A stretch of DNA of 62,772 nucleotides from Chloroflexota bacterium (lineage in GTDB: Bacteria > Chloroflexota > Anaerolineae > Anaerolineales > Anaerolineaceae). The first letter of the stretch is position 1; each line of letters begins with the position of its first letter. The notes under the pieces are model-generated. The model had not been told where the DNA came from and did not search any database. It saw only the letters and a program-made list of their open reading frames with translations. The stretch covers positions 1 through 62,772 of the forward strand of contig JAJYIW010000001.1 in the NCBI GenBank assembly GCA_021789855.1. Reading direction: 5' to 3'. The translations under genes were made by a program, and so were the position numbers. This document shows positions 1-10,169 of the stretch, one piece after another.

Positions 1-1
1 C

Positions 2-1258
2 AATTCCACCCGTTACTACGCCGAGGCGCCGGGGGGGATGGCATCTGCCCTGCCGTTACTGGCAGTTCCGCTTTTCATATTTACGCCTGGCTTAAAACGA
101 TCCACTAAGGTCATTGGGCTGGGATTGCTGGCTGCCAGCGGGGTGACCGTGGCTTTAATGTTCTTTACTAACAGCGCATTGCTGCGGTATGCCCTGCCCA
201 TTTTTCCCTGGCTGGCGGTCTGCGCCGCGCTCAATGTGGAGGAAATTTATGGGTGGATCACCGATCAGAACAGCAGTTGGGGCGGATCGGTGCTTTTCCT
301 GATGGTCCTGGTCTATTTGTTTTCGACCCGCCTGCCCTTGATTGTCCGCCCGGCCGATAACCTGGCGCAGCGTTTCCCGGTCAACTACTTCCTGGGGCGT
401 GAGAGCCGCGAGGCTTACCTGTCCAGGACGCTGGCGGTGTACGATGCGTTCCGTTTCATCGACTCCCAACCGGGTGGGCCACACCGCGTCCTTTCGATTG
501 GCAACGAGTTCCGCCTCTATTCCCAGGCCCGCATCGATGGGGTGTATGATGTTCCAGGCGCTGGCGCCATGCTCTCTACCGCGCAAACACCGGCTGCCCT
601 GGCCCAATCCCTGGCGCAGGCCGGTTATGATTTCATTTTGCTGAACCAACCGGAGGTGGACTTCAGGCCGTGGAAGTACAGTGATCCCTACCCAATCCTC
701 AAGAATACTGATTTCCTTAACCTGTATGGGGTTTTAGCCTTCGCCCAAAATGGGATGTATGTTTATCGCTTCGAAGCACGCGGGGCTAACCTGCCTCCTG
801 CGCAAAATCTTCTCCAAAACCCAGGCTTCGAGGATACTTCAGGGAGCAATCACTTCACCGGTTGGCAAAGTGAAGGGGCTGTCCAGGCATCCAGCGATGC
901 CTATCAAGGGAAACATTCCACCCTTGTGGATGCGCCGCTATCGCCCCAAGGGGCAGGCGATGTATATCAGAAGGTGACGGTTGAAGAAAATCAATTGTAT
1001 ACCCTGGGGTACTGGTTAAAATCCGATCAACCAGCGGTCTTTCTTGAACAGGTGCGATGGATGGACAGTCAGGGGAATATCTTGCGGACAGATGAGAACT
1101 GGAAGAACACGGGGCCGCAGTGGCAGTGGAATTACCTGTTCAGCCGGTCACCGGTGGGCGCGCGGTTTGCAGAAGTGTATGCCTCAGCCGGCGGATCTGA
1201 GAATGTCCTGGTAGATAACGTCTGCCTGGCGAAAGGACAACGTTGCCCCAACCCGTAG
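2..1258 (+). CDS. C-terminal part of a membrane protein (probable GT-C-type glycosyltransferase) with a C-terminal CBM4_9-like sugar-binding beta-sandwich; the 5' end runs off the window
   Basis: The frame is open from nt 2 with no stop before the first ATG at 38. The N-terminal part has hydrophobic helices. The C-terminal ~150 aa read 'NLLQNPGFEDTSG..FTGWQSEG...GKHSTLV...VYQKVTVEENQLYTLGYWLK...VLVDNVCL', typical of CBM4_9/galactose-binding-like modules. Confidence 0.55.
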   Translation, partial: NSTRYYAEAPGGMASALPLLAVPLFIFTPGLKRSTKVIGLGLLAASGVTVALMFFTNSALLRYALPIFPWLAVCAALNVEEIYGWITDQNSSWGGSVLFLMVLVYLFSTRLPLIVRPADNLAQRFPVNYFLGRESREAYLSRTLAVYDAFRFIDSQPGGPHRVLSIGNEFRLYSQARIDGVYDVPGAGAMLSTAQTPAALAQSLAQAGYDFILLNQPEVDFRPWKYSDPYPILKNTDFLNLYGVLAFAQNGMYVYRFEARGANLPPAQNLLQNPGFEDTSGSNHFTGWQSEGAVQASSDAYQGKHSTLVDAPLSPQGAGDVYQKVTVEENQLYTLGYWLKSDQPAVFLEQVRWMDSQGNILRTDENWKNTGPQWQWNYLFSRSPVGARFAEVYASAGGSENVLVDNVCLAKGQRCPNP

Positions 1259-1259
1259 A

Positions 1260-2516
1260 TCACGCGGCTGGAAGGGTGTGTATCCGTTGAAGAATATCCT
1301 CCGCGCGGCTTTCCCAGGTGTTTTGTTGAGCCACTCTTTTGATTTTTTCGATATAAGCCGGGTCATGACGAAGCGTTAAGGCCCGGTCGATCTGAGCGGC
1401 AAACTCCTCTGGAGACCCCCCAACCAGCACGCCCTCATATTGCTTGCTCTCCCACATGGGGGTAATCACGACCGGCTTACCCCCTGCCATGTATTCGAAC
1501 AACTTCAAAGGGGAAGTGGCATGGGTAATGTCACTGACAATAAATGGGATGGTTGCCACGTCAAAAAAATGCAGGTAAGCAGGCAGATCGATATAGGGTT
1601 TAACGCCCAGGCAGTGAATATTTGATATTTTGAAAATGTCGGCCGGTTCTACTGTTCCATCATAGTCCGGGCCGATCAACACGAACTGGTAAGTGGGGCG
1701 CAAAGATGCCACAGATTTTAGCAAATCGTAATCGAACCAGCGCGCCAGGGCGCCATAATAACCAATCACTGGCCCGGATTTAGCCAGTACAGGCAGCATA
1801 TCCGCTGGGGGCGATATGGACTCCTGGGTGATATAGGCAAAATGGCTATAGACTACGCCATTTGGAGAGTAAATAACATCCGGGCGGAGCACTCTGGCTT
1901 CATCCACCAGCTTTCGCGCGGTCGCAAGCACGATGGCGGCATTGTGTAATAAATAATCATGGCCCTTGACAATTTTTTGATGATCGCCATAAAAGACATT
2001 GACATCATCGACGAAATCGTACAGGATGCGTGGGCTGCGAAAGCGGGAAGCGTAATCGCTGTTCCAGGTGAGGAGGTAGATCAACGGGGATGGTAAAATC
2101 TGAAAAACGTCCACATGAACGTTGCACAGGTATATCCTGTCGCTGATGAGTTGAAACGGGGGTTTGCTGCGGTCCGGCTTGGACTGGAGATAAAACACGA
2201 GCGCCCCTTGCCGGGCCAAAGCTAGCGCCAGTTGTTGCGGCCGTTGAAAGAGCTGCACGTCCCATTGGAGGCTGGGTGGGAAAACAATGATGGAGCGATA
2301 ATCCTTGCCCGGTTGGACACTTTGAAGGATCTGTTTTAAGAGCTCCTGGTGCTGAGCGATGATCTTTCGTTCTCCGTAATGAAAGAGGCGAAGAATCAGC
2401 TTTTTCAGAGAAGCAGGCAGGAAGCGACGCCCAACCTGATAGGTCACAAATTTCCCATATCGAACCGCACGAAGTAGAAAGGATTTTAATTTATTGAAGT
2501 AATACATTATCAACAA
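1260..2516 (-). CDS. GT-B fold glycosyltransferase (GT1/GT4 family, TuaH-like)
   Basis: 418-aa ORF with a C-terminal 'SPLKLFEYMAGGKPVVITP' nucleotide-sugar-binding motif of GT-B retaining transferases. It is convergent with the upstream gene. Confidence 0.8.
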   Translation of the reverse strand: MLIMYYFNKLKSFLLRAVRYGKFVTYQVGRRFLPASLKKLILRLFHYGERKIIAQHQELLKQILQSVQPGKDYRSIIVFPPSLQWDVQLFQRPQQLALALARQGALVFYLQSKPDRSKPPFQLISDRIYLCNVHVDVFQILPSPLIYLLTWNSDYASRFRSPRILYDFVDDVNVFYGDHQKIVKGHDYLLHNAAIVLATARKLVDEARVLRPDVIYSPNGVVYSHFAYITQESISPPADMLPVLAKSGPVIGYYGALARWFDYDLLKSVASLRPTYQFVLIGPDYDGTVEPADIFKISNIHCLGVKPYIDLPAYLHFFDVATIPFIVSDITHATSPLKLFEYMAGGKPVVITPMWESKQYEGVLVGGSPEEFAAQIDRALTLRHDPAYIEKIKRVAQQNTWESRAEDILQRIHTLPAA

Positions 2517-2689
2517 GCCAAATTCATTTGGGGAAATTTACCTAAAGATAAATTATAAACGATGATTAGGCTGATAGGTTATCGAATATTTCTAATCACT
2601 GTTTGATATAATGGGTATTGGTATCCAGGTCGTTTAAATTTATCCAATTGCTTTTACCAATCTCATAAGGAGATCCCCAGGATTATATT

Positions 2690-3790
2690 ATGAAAAGTCG
2701 ATCCGTTATATATAATGTAGTATCGGTTTGGCTATGTGGAATTCTTATCATAGGTTTATCGGCTTCCAAGCCTTCTCTTGTAAGAACAACTGAACAGCCG
2801 CTAAATGAAAATTCAACATCGACCATATTCCTCCCTCTTGTCACCTGGGACTACGGAGTTGCATTAGGTGTATATACGCATGGATACCTTGGAAGCCAAT
2901 ATACTATCAATACAGAGGTTAAATCCCTTGATACTTGGGCGGCAGTAACTGGGGGCAAACGTCTCTCAATTTTAGGAACTTTTATCCAAATAGAAGATCC
3001 AACCACAATCGTTGAACAATTAGAAGTTCCCTGGGAAAATGGGTATATTGTTTTTGTTAATATGGGTTCTACCCATACTTCATATGAAATTGCCAACGGA
3101 TCGGTGGATAGCCTAATTAAAAGATGGGCCGCTTATTATAAAATATGGCTCTCTAAAGGTGGAGGGCGTTGGGCCATTATTGCACCACTCCAGGAGATGA
3201 ATGGATACTGGACCCCTTATGGTTTAAATCCAACGAATTTTAAACTGGCTTATCAACGTATTCAAAACATATTCAAGGAATCTGGAATATCCGATAATTC
3301 TGTCCGATGGGCATTTGCCCCAAATGGATATCAAGATCCTGGCGATCCACCTTTTGAGGATTATTATCCTGGCGATCAGTTCGTTAGTATCGTTGCTTTT
3401 AGTAGCTACAATTTTGGTTTATGCCCCGTAGCAATAAAGTCAACTTTGAATCCACAATGGCAAACTGCTGAAACAATATTTTCCGATTACCTGAGTCGGA
3501 TGAAGAAAATGGCTCCCAATAAACCCATTTATATCGCAGAAACTGGTTCCACATCTTATACCAAACCCAATTATCCGGACCAATCAACCAAAAACCAATG
3601 GCTTATTGATACGTATCTATACCTGGCTAAAGAGGGGGTAAAAGGCATACTGTACTTAAATTTTGATTCTGAATGCGATTTTGCGTTTTACCAACCTGAA
3701 GGAAGACAACTTGATGGCTATCGACAGGCTGTGTCGGCGCCTTATTTCGATTACTTCAGTCCAAGCGAACTATTAAGAATAATAAGATAG
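2690..3790 (+). CDS. Secreted GH26-like glycoside hydrolase (beta-mannanase-like)
   Basis: N-terminal signal/anchor. Motifs: 'WENGYIVFVNMG', 'APLQEMNGYW' (HEMNG-type acid/base Glu), 'YYPGDQFVSIVAFSSYN', 'IYIAETGS' (nucleophile Glu). AAGGAG lies upstream. The region is AT-rich. Confidence 0.7.
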   Translation: MKSRSVIYNVVSVWLCGILIIGLSASKPSLVRTTEQPLNENSTSTIFLPLVTWDYGVALGVYTHGYLGSQYTINTEVKSLDTWAAVTGGKRLSILGTFIQIEDPTTIVEQLEVPWENGYIVFVNMGSTHTSYEIANGSVDSLIKRWAAYYKIWLSKGGGRWAIIAPLQEMNGYWTPYGLNPTNFKLAYQRIQNIFKESGISDNSVRWAFAPNGYQDPGDPPFEDYYPGDQFVSIVAFSSYNFGLCPVAIKSTLNPQWQTAETIFSDYLSRMKKMAPNKPIYIAETGSTSYTKPNYPDQSTKNQWLIDTYLYLAKEGVKGILYLNFDSECDFAFYQPEGRQLDGYRQAVSAPYFDYFSPSELLRIIR

Positions 3791-3808
3791 TAAAAACCAA
3801 AGTTAAGC

Positions 3809-4963
3809 CTAAGGAGCGGATAATAAATTCATCGTTGATAAACTAGCCGGGTCGTAGTATTTAAATACCTGATTAGCGACTGCAGTTTTATACCCGTTAT
3901 ATTGGTAAGGGCCATTATATATTTCATAATCACATTCACCTTCGGATTGCCCATCTATGTCAAAATAGATAAGGGCCATTACCCCTGGCTCATTCGCCAC
4001 GTAATTGTATGCATCTTCTATCCAGCTATTTTTCATATCTGTGTTATATACACCAGCGCTAGGATACTGCGCAGATGTTCCTGACTGGGCAATAATAATG
4101 GGTTTCAACGGCGCCATTATACGCATTCGATCGACATACGGTTTGAGTACGACACTGTAATCAACCCATTTATGCCAATCGGGATTACCTACAGGACAGA
4201 AGCCAAAATTAAATGAGCTAAACGCCACAATATCCACCTTGTTATCACCGGGATAATATTGTTCAAATGGGGGATCGCTTGGATCTGAATAACCGTTAGG
4301 TGCAAAAACCCACCATATCTGTGAAGAGGAAATTCCCGATTTATAAAAGATCTGTTGTATTACGTCATAAGCCAGTTTAAAATTTGTCGGATCCAGCCCA
4401 TATGTTACCCAATAGCCATTCATTTCTTGAAGAGGAGCGATAAATGCACGCCTTCCACCCCCCTTTCTTATCCATTTTACATAGGCATTGGCAATTGCCT
4501 GGATGTATGAGTCGTATTTATGTTGGGCGATATCACTAGCAGTTAGACCACCTGCCCCCATATTGATAAAAGATGTATAACCATTCTCCCATAAGTTCTC
4601 CAATTGCCAATAAAAATTATAATCTGGTCCTTGTTCTCTAAGATCCCAAAACCAACCCACTATGCTATGCTTTTTTCCAGACCAACTATCCAGTCCTTTG
4701 AGCATTGTATTGACATCATTAGTTGTTATTCCCCAATAACCTTTTGCTATGACACCAAGCATTTTAGGTGTATGGATGCCTCCACTATCCTTCATCGCCA
4801 AGGGTAAAAAGACCGTCTTATTCACATCTGTAGCTGCGGATACGGATATCGTTAATCGGGTAGATGGAATAACAATACCACTTATCATCGTTAGAGCGAT
4901 AATTAAATTCATCAAAAAATGTAAAATATATCTACTGTTTAGATTAAAGTTTATCATTTTCAT
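3809..4963 (-). CDS. Secreted GH26-like glycoside hydrolase, paralog of 2690..3790
   Basis: It has the same motif set ('WENGYTSFINMG', 'APLQEMNGYW', 'YYPGDNKVDIVAFSSFN', 'IIIAQSGT'). The core is roughly two-thirds identical by eye to the neighbouring gene. The pair is arranged tail-to-tail. Confidence 0.7.
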   Translation of the reverse strand: MKMINFNLNSRYILHFLMNLIIALTMISGIVIPSTRLTISVSAATDVNKTVFLPLAMKDSGGIHTPKMLGVIAKGYWGITTNDVNTMLKGLDSWSGKKHSIVGWFWDLREQGPDYNFYWQLENLWENGYTSFINMGAGGLTASDIAQHKYDSYIQAIANAYVKWIRKGGGRRAFIAPLQEMNGYWVTYGLDPTNFKLAYDVIQQIFYKSGISSSQIWWVFAPNGYSDPSDPPFEQYYPGDNKVDIVAFSSFNFGFCPVGNPDWHKWVDYSVVLKPYVDRMRIMAPLKPIIIAQSGTSAQYPSAGVYNTDMKNSWIEDAYNYVANEPGVMALIYFDIDGQSEGECDYEIYNGPYQYNGYKTAVANQVFKYYDPASLSTMNLLSAP

Positions 4964-5167
4964 GTATTGTTCAAGAGGTAACTGATGCTATGGGTTTCAG
5001 GCGTAAACAATAACAGGTATATGTAATTGGATCATCAATTCGATTCTATAGTAATTGCTAACAAAATCAATTAACAAAATTGAAAACTCTTATCCGAAAG
5101 TATCCCCCCATCTTCTTGTTATACGTTTGATATATACTTATTTCCATAAATTTAACCACTAATTGCA

Positions 5168-6682
5168 TTAAGACGATAAAAAATTTTTTAGAGCTAACGA
5201 GATATTATGAGGAGAAGTTAGTAATTCAGCAATATAGCCTGGAAGAATGCCGCACGCCAATGAAATTACCGGAAGTACCACGTGATGATAACGAGGTTGA
5301 ACTTCAAAAAAAATATAGGGGATAGAAGTCAATACAAAAAAGACAACTAAAATGTAAAAGAATGGGTACTTTTTAAATCCAGTAATAAGAGTAGTTAAAG
5401 CAGTACCAATAATAGCCAGAAAATACCACGACTGAGATATTACATCGATCCACTTTAGTAAAGAGAACAATTGTTGATTAGAAAGCGGTAGCTTTACTGT
5501 GTAAAATGCCCAAAGCGATCCATATCTATTATCTGCCAGGTAATATCTCATCTTTTCACCAATAAAATAGATGAATTGGTTAAGCGATAGATTTGTTAAC
5601 CGATTTACAGCCGTATTAAACACTTTAATATTACGTTGATCAGGAGGCCAGGAATAATATAACTTCACATCGTCAAGGTTATAACGTCCGTTATTTCCTA
5701 TATTTGTCCCAGATAAAAGCGGATAGCTATCATAAAATAAACTTTGCACCGATAATTTCTTTGCATTAATCGATTGCCAACCAATTATAAAGACAAGTAT
5801 TATTGAGAGACCACCAAATAACGACAATAATAACTTAAGTCGATTTTTATCCTTGTTCTTGAACCATATCAAACCAGCCAATAGAATTACATAAAGAATT
5901 GACGTTGGCCGAATAACCACAGCTATACCCAATATCAATCCGGTAACTAAGGGTATTAAGGAGTTCACTTTTTCTTTACGAAAATAATATATTCCAAGCG
6001 AAAGCGAAGCAAAAACGAATGTTGATGTGACAACCTCAGTACCTAACACACTAGACATGAAAATTTCCGAAGGCGATATTGCCATCCAGCTAGCAGCAAA
6101 TAAGCCAGCAGTTTCACCGCCTAATAATTTCCCTGCTGTATAAACAAGAAATACAGTTATTACGCCCAGAATGACATTTAAAATTCTACCTGATATGGGA
6201 TTTGGGGAAATAAAATAAGCAATTGACAATATTAATGGATACCCTAATGGTTTACTCGGGGAAGGCATTTTGCCACTTACAATACTCATAGCCATTTGAT
6301 GATAAACTTGAAAATCGGAATTGGGTTGGGTAGGTATTGCAATAATCCATACAAGTCGAATAATAAATGAAAAAAGCAAAATTATTATCAATAAATATCT
6401 TTGAGACAATTTATAACGTTTTGTAATATAGCTTATGAGTAGAAAAGTTACCCCTAAAATGATAGCAATCGATGGAAAGATAATAGCTCTTTTTGTTAAA
6501 TTCCCGGTTATTTCAGAAGTAAATGTTTGAAATAAGATACTCCAAACTTCCAAACAGATCAGAAATAATAAAACAACGATGATCGAAAATGTGGACCAAT
6601 AAAGTAATGAACCTTTTAATAATTTTTGTGGAAGTTTAATATTGCGTAATAAGAAAGCGATGTATTTTTTATAGATTTTCAT
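5168..6682 (-). CDS. Polytopic membrane GT-C glycosyltransferase (GT39/ArnT/PMT_2-like)
   Basis: 504 aa with more than 10 predicted TM helices. The first extracytoplasmic loop reads 'PTQPNSDFQVYHQMAMSI', like the Asp-containing loop of ArnT/PMT-type enzymes. Very low GC (about 27-30% in sampled 60-mers). Confidence 0.65.
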   Translation of the reverse strand: MKIYKKYIAFLLRNIKLPQKLLKGSLLYWSTFSIIVVLLFLICLEVWSILFQTFTSEITGNLTKRAIIFPSIAIILGVTFLLISYITKRYKLSQRYLLIIILLFSFIIRLVWIIAIPTQPNSDFQVYHQMAMSIVSGKMPSPSKPLGYPLILSIAYFISPNPISGRILNVILGVITVFLVYTAGKLLGGETAGLFAASWMAISPSEIFMSSVLGTEVVTSTFVFASLSLGIYYFRKEKVNSLIPLVTGLILGIAVVIRPTSILYVILLAGLIWFKNKDKNRLKLLLSLFGGLSIILVFIIGWQSINAKKLSVQSLFYDSYPLLSGTNIGNNGRYNLDDVKLYYSWPPDQRNIKVFNTAVNRLTNLSLNQFIYFIGEKMRYYLADNRYGSLWAFYTVKLPLSNQQLFSLLKWIDVISQSWYFLAIIGTALTTLITGFKKYPFFYILVVFFVLTSIPYIFFEVQPRYHHVVLPVISLACGILPGYIAELLTSPHNISLALKNFLSS

Positions 6683-6866
6683 AATACATACGGTTATTTC
6701 TTTTGATGCAATTGAATGGACTTGAGATAGCGTTGTATTGTATCACGAAAGAAATGACATTTTAAAATATGCGGCCTGCTGGTCCTATCTTATACACAGG
6801 ATGATCATGACCTTATGGTATTATTGACGGGTATGTTTTATCTTAGGAAACATTCCACTTAGCTTC

Positions 6867-7979
6867 ATGCGCATCCTCATCCTCCGTTCCAACCCTATCG
6901 CACCCGACCCGCGGGTAGAAAAAATTGCCAGGGCCCTCTCCACCCACGGCTACCCGGTTGCCTGCCTTGGCTGGGACCGCTCCGCAACCCTACCTGAGCA
7001 GGATATCAAAAATGGGGTTAAGATTACCCGCCTGTTAATCAAAGCCAATTACGGCAATGGCCTGGGAAACCTGCCCCAACTGCTGCGCTGGCAATTCGGG
7101 CTTTTGTTTTGGTTAATCCGTCATCGCAAAGAATTCGATAGCATCCATGCCTGCGATTTCGATACCATCCTGCCAGCCTTACTTCTTAAATGGCTTTGGA
7201 AGAAAAAGGTCGTTTACGATATCTTCGATTTCTACGCCGATCATCTACGACGAACCCCGCAGTTGATAAAAAACCTGATCCGGAAAGTGGATTTGTGGGC
7301 CATCGATCGGGCCGAAGCGGTCATCCTGGTGGATGATGCCCGGCGGGAGCAAATCCAGGGGGCCCATCCCCAAAAGTGCATTTCTATTTATAACAGCCCT
7401 GAAGATGTCGGTTGGAGACCACCGGAAGACACTGAGCGAAAGGAAGTTTTTAGTATCGCTTATGTGGGCCTCCTCCAGTTTGAACGGGGAATCAAACTGG
7501 TCCTGGATTTAATGCCTTCCCACCCAAATTGGAGGCTGGAGCTGGCTGGCTTTGGAGGGGACGAGCAGCCTATTTGTGAACAGGCAGCAAAAATCCCTGG
7601 CGTACGGTTCTACGGCCGCGTCGCTTATGATGAGGCGATAAAATTAAGCGCAGAAGCCGACGTCTTATTTGCAACCTACGATCCATCCATTGCGAACCAC
7701 CGCTATTCGAGTCCCAACAAGGTCTTCGAGGGGATGATGCTGGGAAAACCCATCGTCGTCGCGAGAAACACCAATATGGATCGGATTATCATGGCAGCCG
7801 GTTGTGGCATCGTGGTAGATTACGGCGATCGGGAAGGTCTAGAACAGGCATTGATGACCTTGCAGAATTCACCTGAAAAGAGAAAGCAGCTCGGGGAAAA
7901 TGGAAGGCGGTCTTATGAACAAGATTATAGTTGGGGCCAGATGAGCAAAAGGTTGCTTGATCTTTATGCCGATCTGTAA
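6867..7979 (+). CDS. GT4-family glycosyltransferase
   Basis: 370 aa. 'MRILILRSNP...DPRVEK' N-terminal GT-B half and 'SPNKVFEGMMLGKPIVVARNT' C-terminal motif. Confidence 0.85.
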   Translation: MRILILRSNPIAPDPRVEKIARALSTHGYPVACLGWDRSATLPEQDIKNGVKITRLLIKANYGNGLGNLPQLLRWQFGLLFWLIRHRKEFDSIHACDFDTILPALLLKWLWKKKVVYDIFDFYADHLRRTPQLIKNLIRKVDLWAIDRAEAVILVDDARREQIQGAHPQKCISIYNSPEDVGWRPPEDTERKEVFSIAYVGLLQFERGIKLVLDLMPSHPNWRLELAGFGGDEQPICEQAAKIPGVRFYGRVAYDEAIKLSAEADVLFATYDPSIANHRYSSPNKVFEGMMLGKPIVVARNTNMDRIIMAAGCGIVVDYGDREGLEQALMTLQNSPEKRKQLGENGRRSYEQDYSWGQMSKRLLDLYADL

Positions 7980-9139
7980 TGGCCATCCCGTATAATGCTC
8001 CCCCATATCTAGAGATGAAAAAAGTATTGCTGGTGGCCAATACCGACTGGTATCTCTATAATTTCCGCTTGAGCTTTGCTCAATATTTGCAGGGCAAAGG
8101 TCTGTCGATCGGGCTGGTCTCTCCCCCCGGAAAGTATGCTCAAGAACTGGCCAGCGCAGGCTTTCACTGGATCCCATGGACCGTCGACCGGCGTTCGATC
8201 GCGGTTTGGGCAGAGTTTTTCGCATGGCTTAAGCTCGTCGCAATCTATCGCAGGGAAAAACCCGACCTGGTCCACCATTTCACGGTGAAGCCGGTGCTGT
8301 ACGGCTCCATCGCCACATCCTTGCTCCATGTTCCCGGGACGATCAATTCGATCACAGGCCTGGGGTATCTATTCCTCCAGAACAGCAAGACCGCCAGGTT
8401 TCTGCGAATGATGACAAAAATGGCTTACCGGCGCATCTTTTCTCGCCAGGGCCTGGCCGTAATCTTCGAAAATGAGAGCGATCGCAGCTTTTTCCTGAAC
8501 GAAGCGCTCGTCTCAGCGGAGAAGAGTTTTTTAATCCAGGGAGTTGGCGTCGATACCGACTATTTCCTGCCCACCCCTGAGCCTGATGGCCAGCCCGCGG
8601 TGGTGCTGCCGGCCCGGCTGTTATGGGATAAAGGGGTAGGTGTCCTGGTGGAAGCAGCCCGGTTGATCCGCCAGCGGTGTGACGCTCGCATCGCCCTGGT
8701 GGGGGAACCCGACCCTGGCAACCCGGTCTCCATTGACCCGGAGATCATTCAGCGCTGGGTACAAGAAGGATCGGTGGAATGGTGGGGTTGGAAGAGCGAC
8801 ATGCGCCAGGTTTATCAAGACAGTACGATTGTCACCTTACCCTCTATGGGCGAGGGCCTGCCTACGGCGTTGATTGAAGCTTGCGCCAGCGGCCGGCCGA
8901 TTGTGACCACCGACGTACCCGGCTGCCGCGACGTGGTGATAGATGGCGTCAATGGGATTCTTGTTCGACCTAATGACCCTGAAGCATTAGCCCAGGGGAT
9001 CATCACGCTACTGGAAAACCCAGATTTACGCACAAAGATGGGAAAAATGGGGCGGGAAATCGCCTTGAAGCGTTTTGGGAATGCCACCATTTTCGAACAA
9101 AACTGGCAGGTTTACGCAAAGCATCTCAAGCTTCAATAA
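7979..9139 (+). CDS. GT4-family glycosyltransferase
   Basis: 386 aa. 'KKVLLVANTDWYLYNFR' and 'EGLPTALIEACASGRPIVTTDVPGCRDVV'. The start overlaps the upstream stop (TAATG). An alternative start is ATG 8015. Confidence 0.85.
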   Translation: MAIPYNAPPYLEMKKVLLVANTDWYLYNFRLSFAQYLQGKGLSIGLVSPPGKYAQELASAGFHWIPWTVDRRSIAVWAEFFAWLKLVAIYRREKPDLVHHFTVKPVLYGSIATSLLHVPGTINSITGLGYLFLQNSKTARFLRMMTKMAYRRIFSRQGLAVIFENESDRSFFLNEALVSAEKSFLIQGVGVDTDYFLPTPEPDGQPAVVLPARLLWDKGVGVLVEAARLIRQRCDARIALVGEPDPGNPVSIDPEIIQRWVQEGSVEWWGWKSDMRQVYQDSTIVTLPSMGEGLPTALIEACASGRPIVTTDVPGCRDVVIDGVNGILVRPNDPEALAQGIITLLENPDLRTKMGKMGREIALKRFGNATIFEQNWQVYAKHLKLQ

Positions 9140-9150
9140 ACCGAGGCTCT

Positions 9151-10143
9151 TCAACGCGATTCAGCGGGATTGCCCCGATTTTTATCTTCCCTCACCATAT
9201 AAATCGGCCTCTGCTTCACTTCCTGCAGAATAAATGCGATATACGTCCCCACGATGCCGATGTTCACCAGCACCAGCCCCCCGTTGATCAGCGACACGAA
9301 CATCAGCGAAGCCCAGCCGGGCGCCAGCAGATACTGCTTGCCCTGGAGATAGATGATGGCCACGTTGACCCCCTCGAACAGCGCCAGGATGAAGAACAGG
9401 GCGCCGGAAATCAGCGCAATGCGCAGCGGCAGCAACGAAAAAGAGAAGATCGCGTCTTCTGCCAGCTTGCTCATCTTCCGCAAAGAGTACTTCGACTGGC
9501 CGGCCAGCCGTTCGGTGGGCGTGAAAGGCAGGATGACGGTCTTGAAGCCCATCCAGGGGATCATCCCGCGCAGGAAACGGTGGTATTCGCGCATGCGCTT
9601 GAGCCCTTCCACCGCCTCGCGCGACATCAAGCGAAAGTCGGCCGTCCCCGGTTGGATCGGTGTGTTGGACATCTTTTGGATCAGCCAGTAAAAGCCGCGG
9701 GAGGTCAGCTTTTTGAAGAGCCCCACGCGTTCGTCGTCCAGGCGTTGCGTCTGGACGATAGCGTACCCCGCCCGGTAGAGAGTTAATAGCTGCGGGATCA
9801 ACGCCGGTGGGTGCTGGCCGTCACCATCCATGGAGATCACCACGTCCCCTTCGGCGGCGTCCAGCCCGGCGGTGAGGGCCGCCTGGTGGCCGAAGTTGCG
9901 CACCAGGGTCAGCACACGGATGCGCGGGTCGGATTGGGAGAGCGCTGCCAGCTTATCCGCGGTGCCATCGGTGGAGCCGTCATCGACATAATAGATAAAA
10001 AAACGCTCGAGCAGGGGATCGATCGTTCCGCGCAGCAAGGCATGGAACGCCTCGATGCCTTCGGCCTCGTTGTAGACCGGCACCACGACGCCGACGAACA
10101 GAGGAGCATTCTGAGGCAAGGAGCGATCACTGGTCTCCGGCAT
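9151..10143 (-). CDS. GT2 polyprenyl-phosphate sugar synthase (DPM1/ArnC/GtrB-like) with C-terminal TM helices
   Basis: 'VVVPVYNEAEGI', 'YVDDGSTDGT', 'ISMDGDGQHPP', and two C-terminal hydrophobic helices. Confidence 0.85.
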   Translation of the reverse strand: MPETSDRSLPQNAPLFVGVVVPVYNEAEGIEAFHALLRGTIDPLLERFFIYYVDDGSTDGTADKLAALSQSDPRIRVLTLVRNFGHQAALTAGLDAAEGDVVISMDGDGQHPPALIPQLLTLYRAGYAIVQTQRLDDERVGLFKKLTSRGFYWLIQKMSNTPIQPGTADFRLMSREAVEGLKRMREYHRFLRGMIPWMGFKTVILPFTPTERLAGQSKYSLRKMSKLAEDAIFSFSLLPLRIALISGALFFILALFEGVNVAIIYLQGKQYLLAPGWASLMFVSLINGGLVLVNIGIVGTYIAFILQEVKQRPIYMVREDKNRGNPAESR

Positions 10144-10169
10144 AACCCCTCACCTATCCTCCAGCTCCT

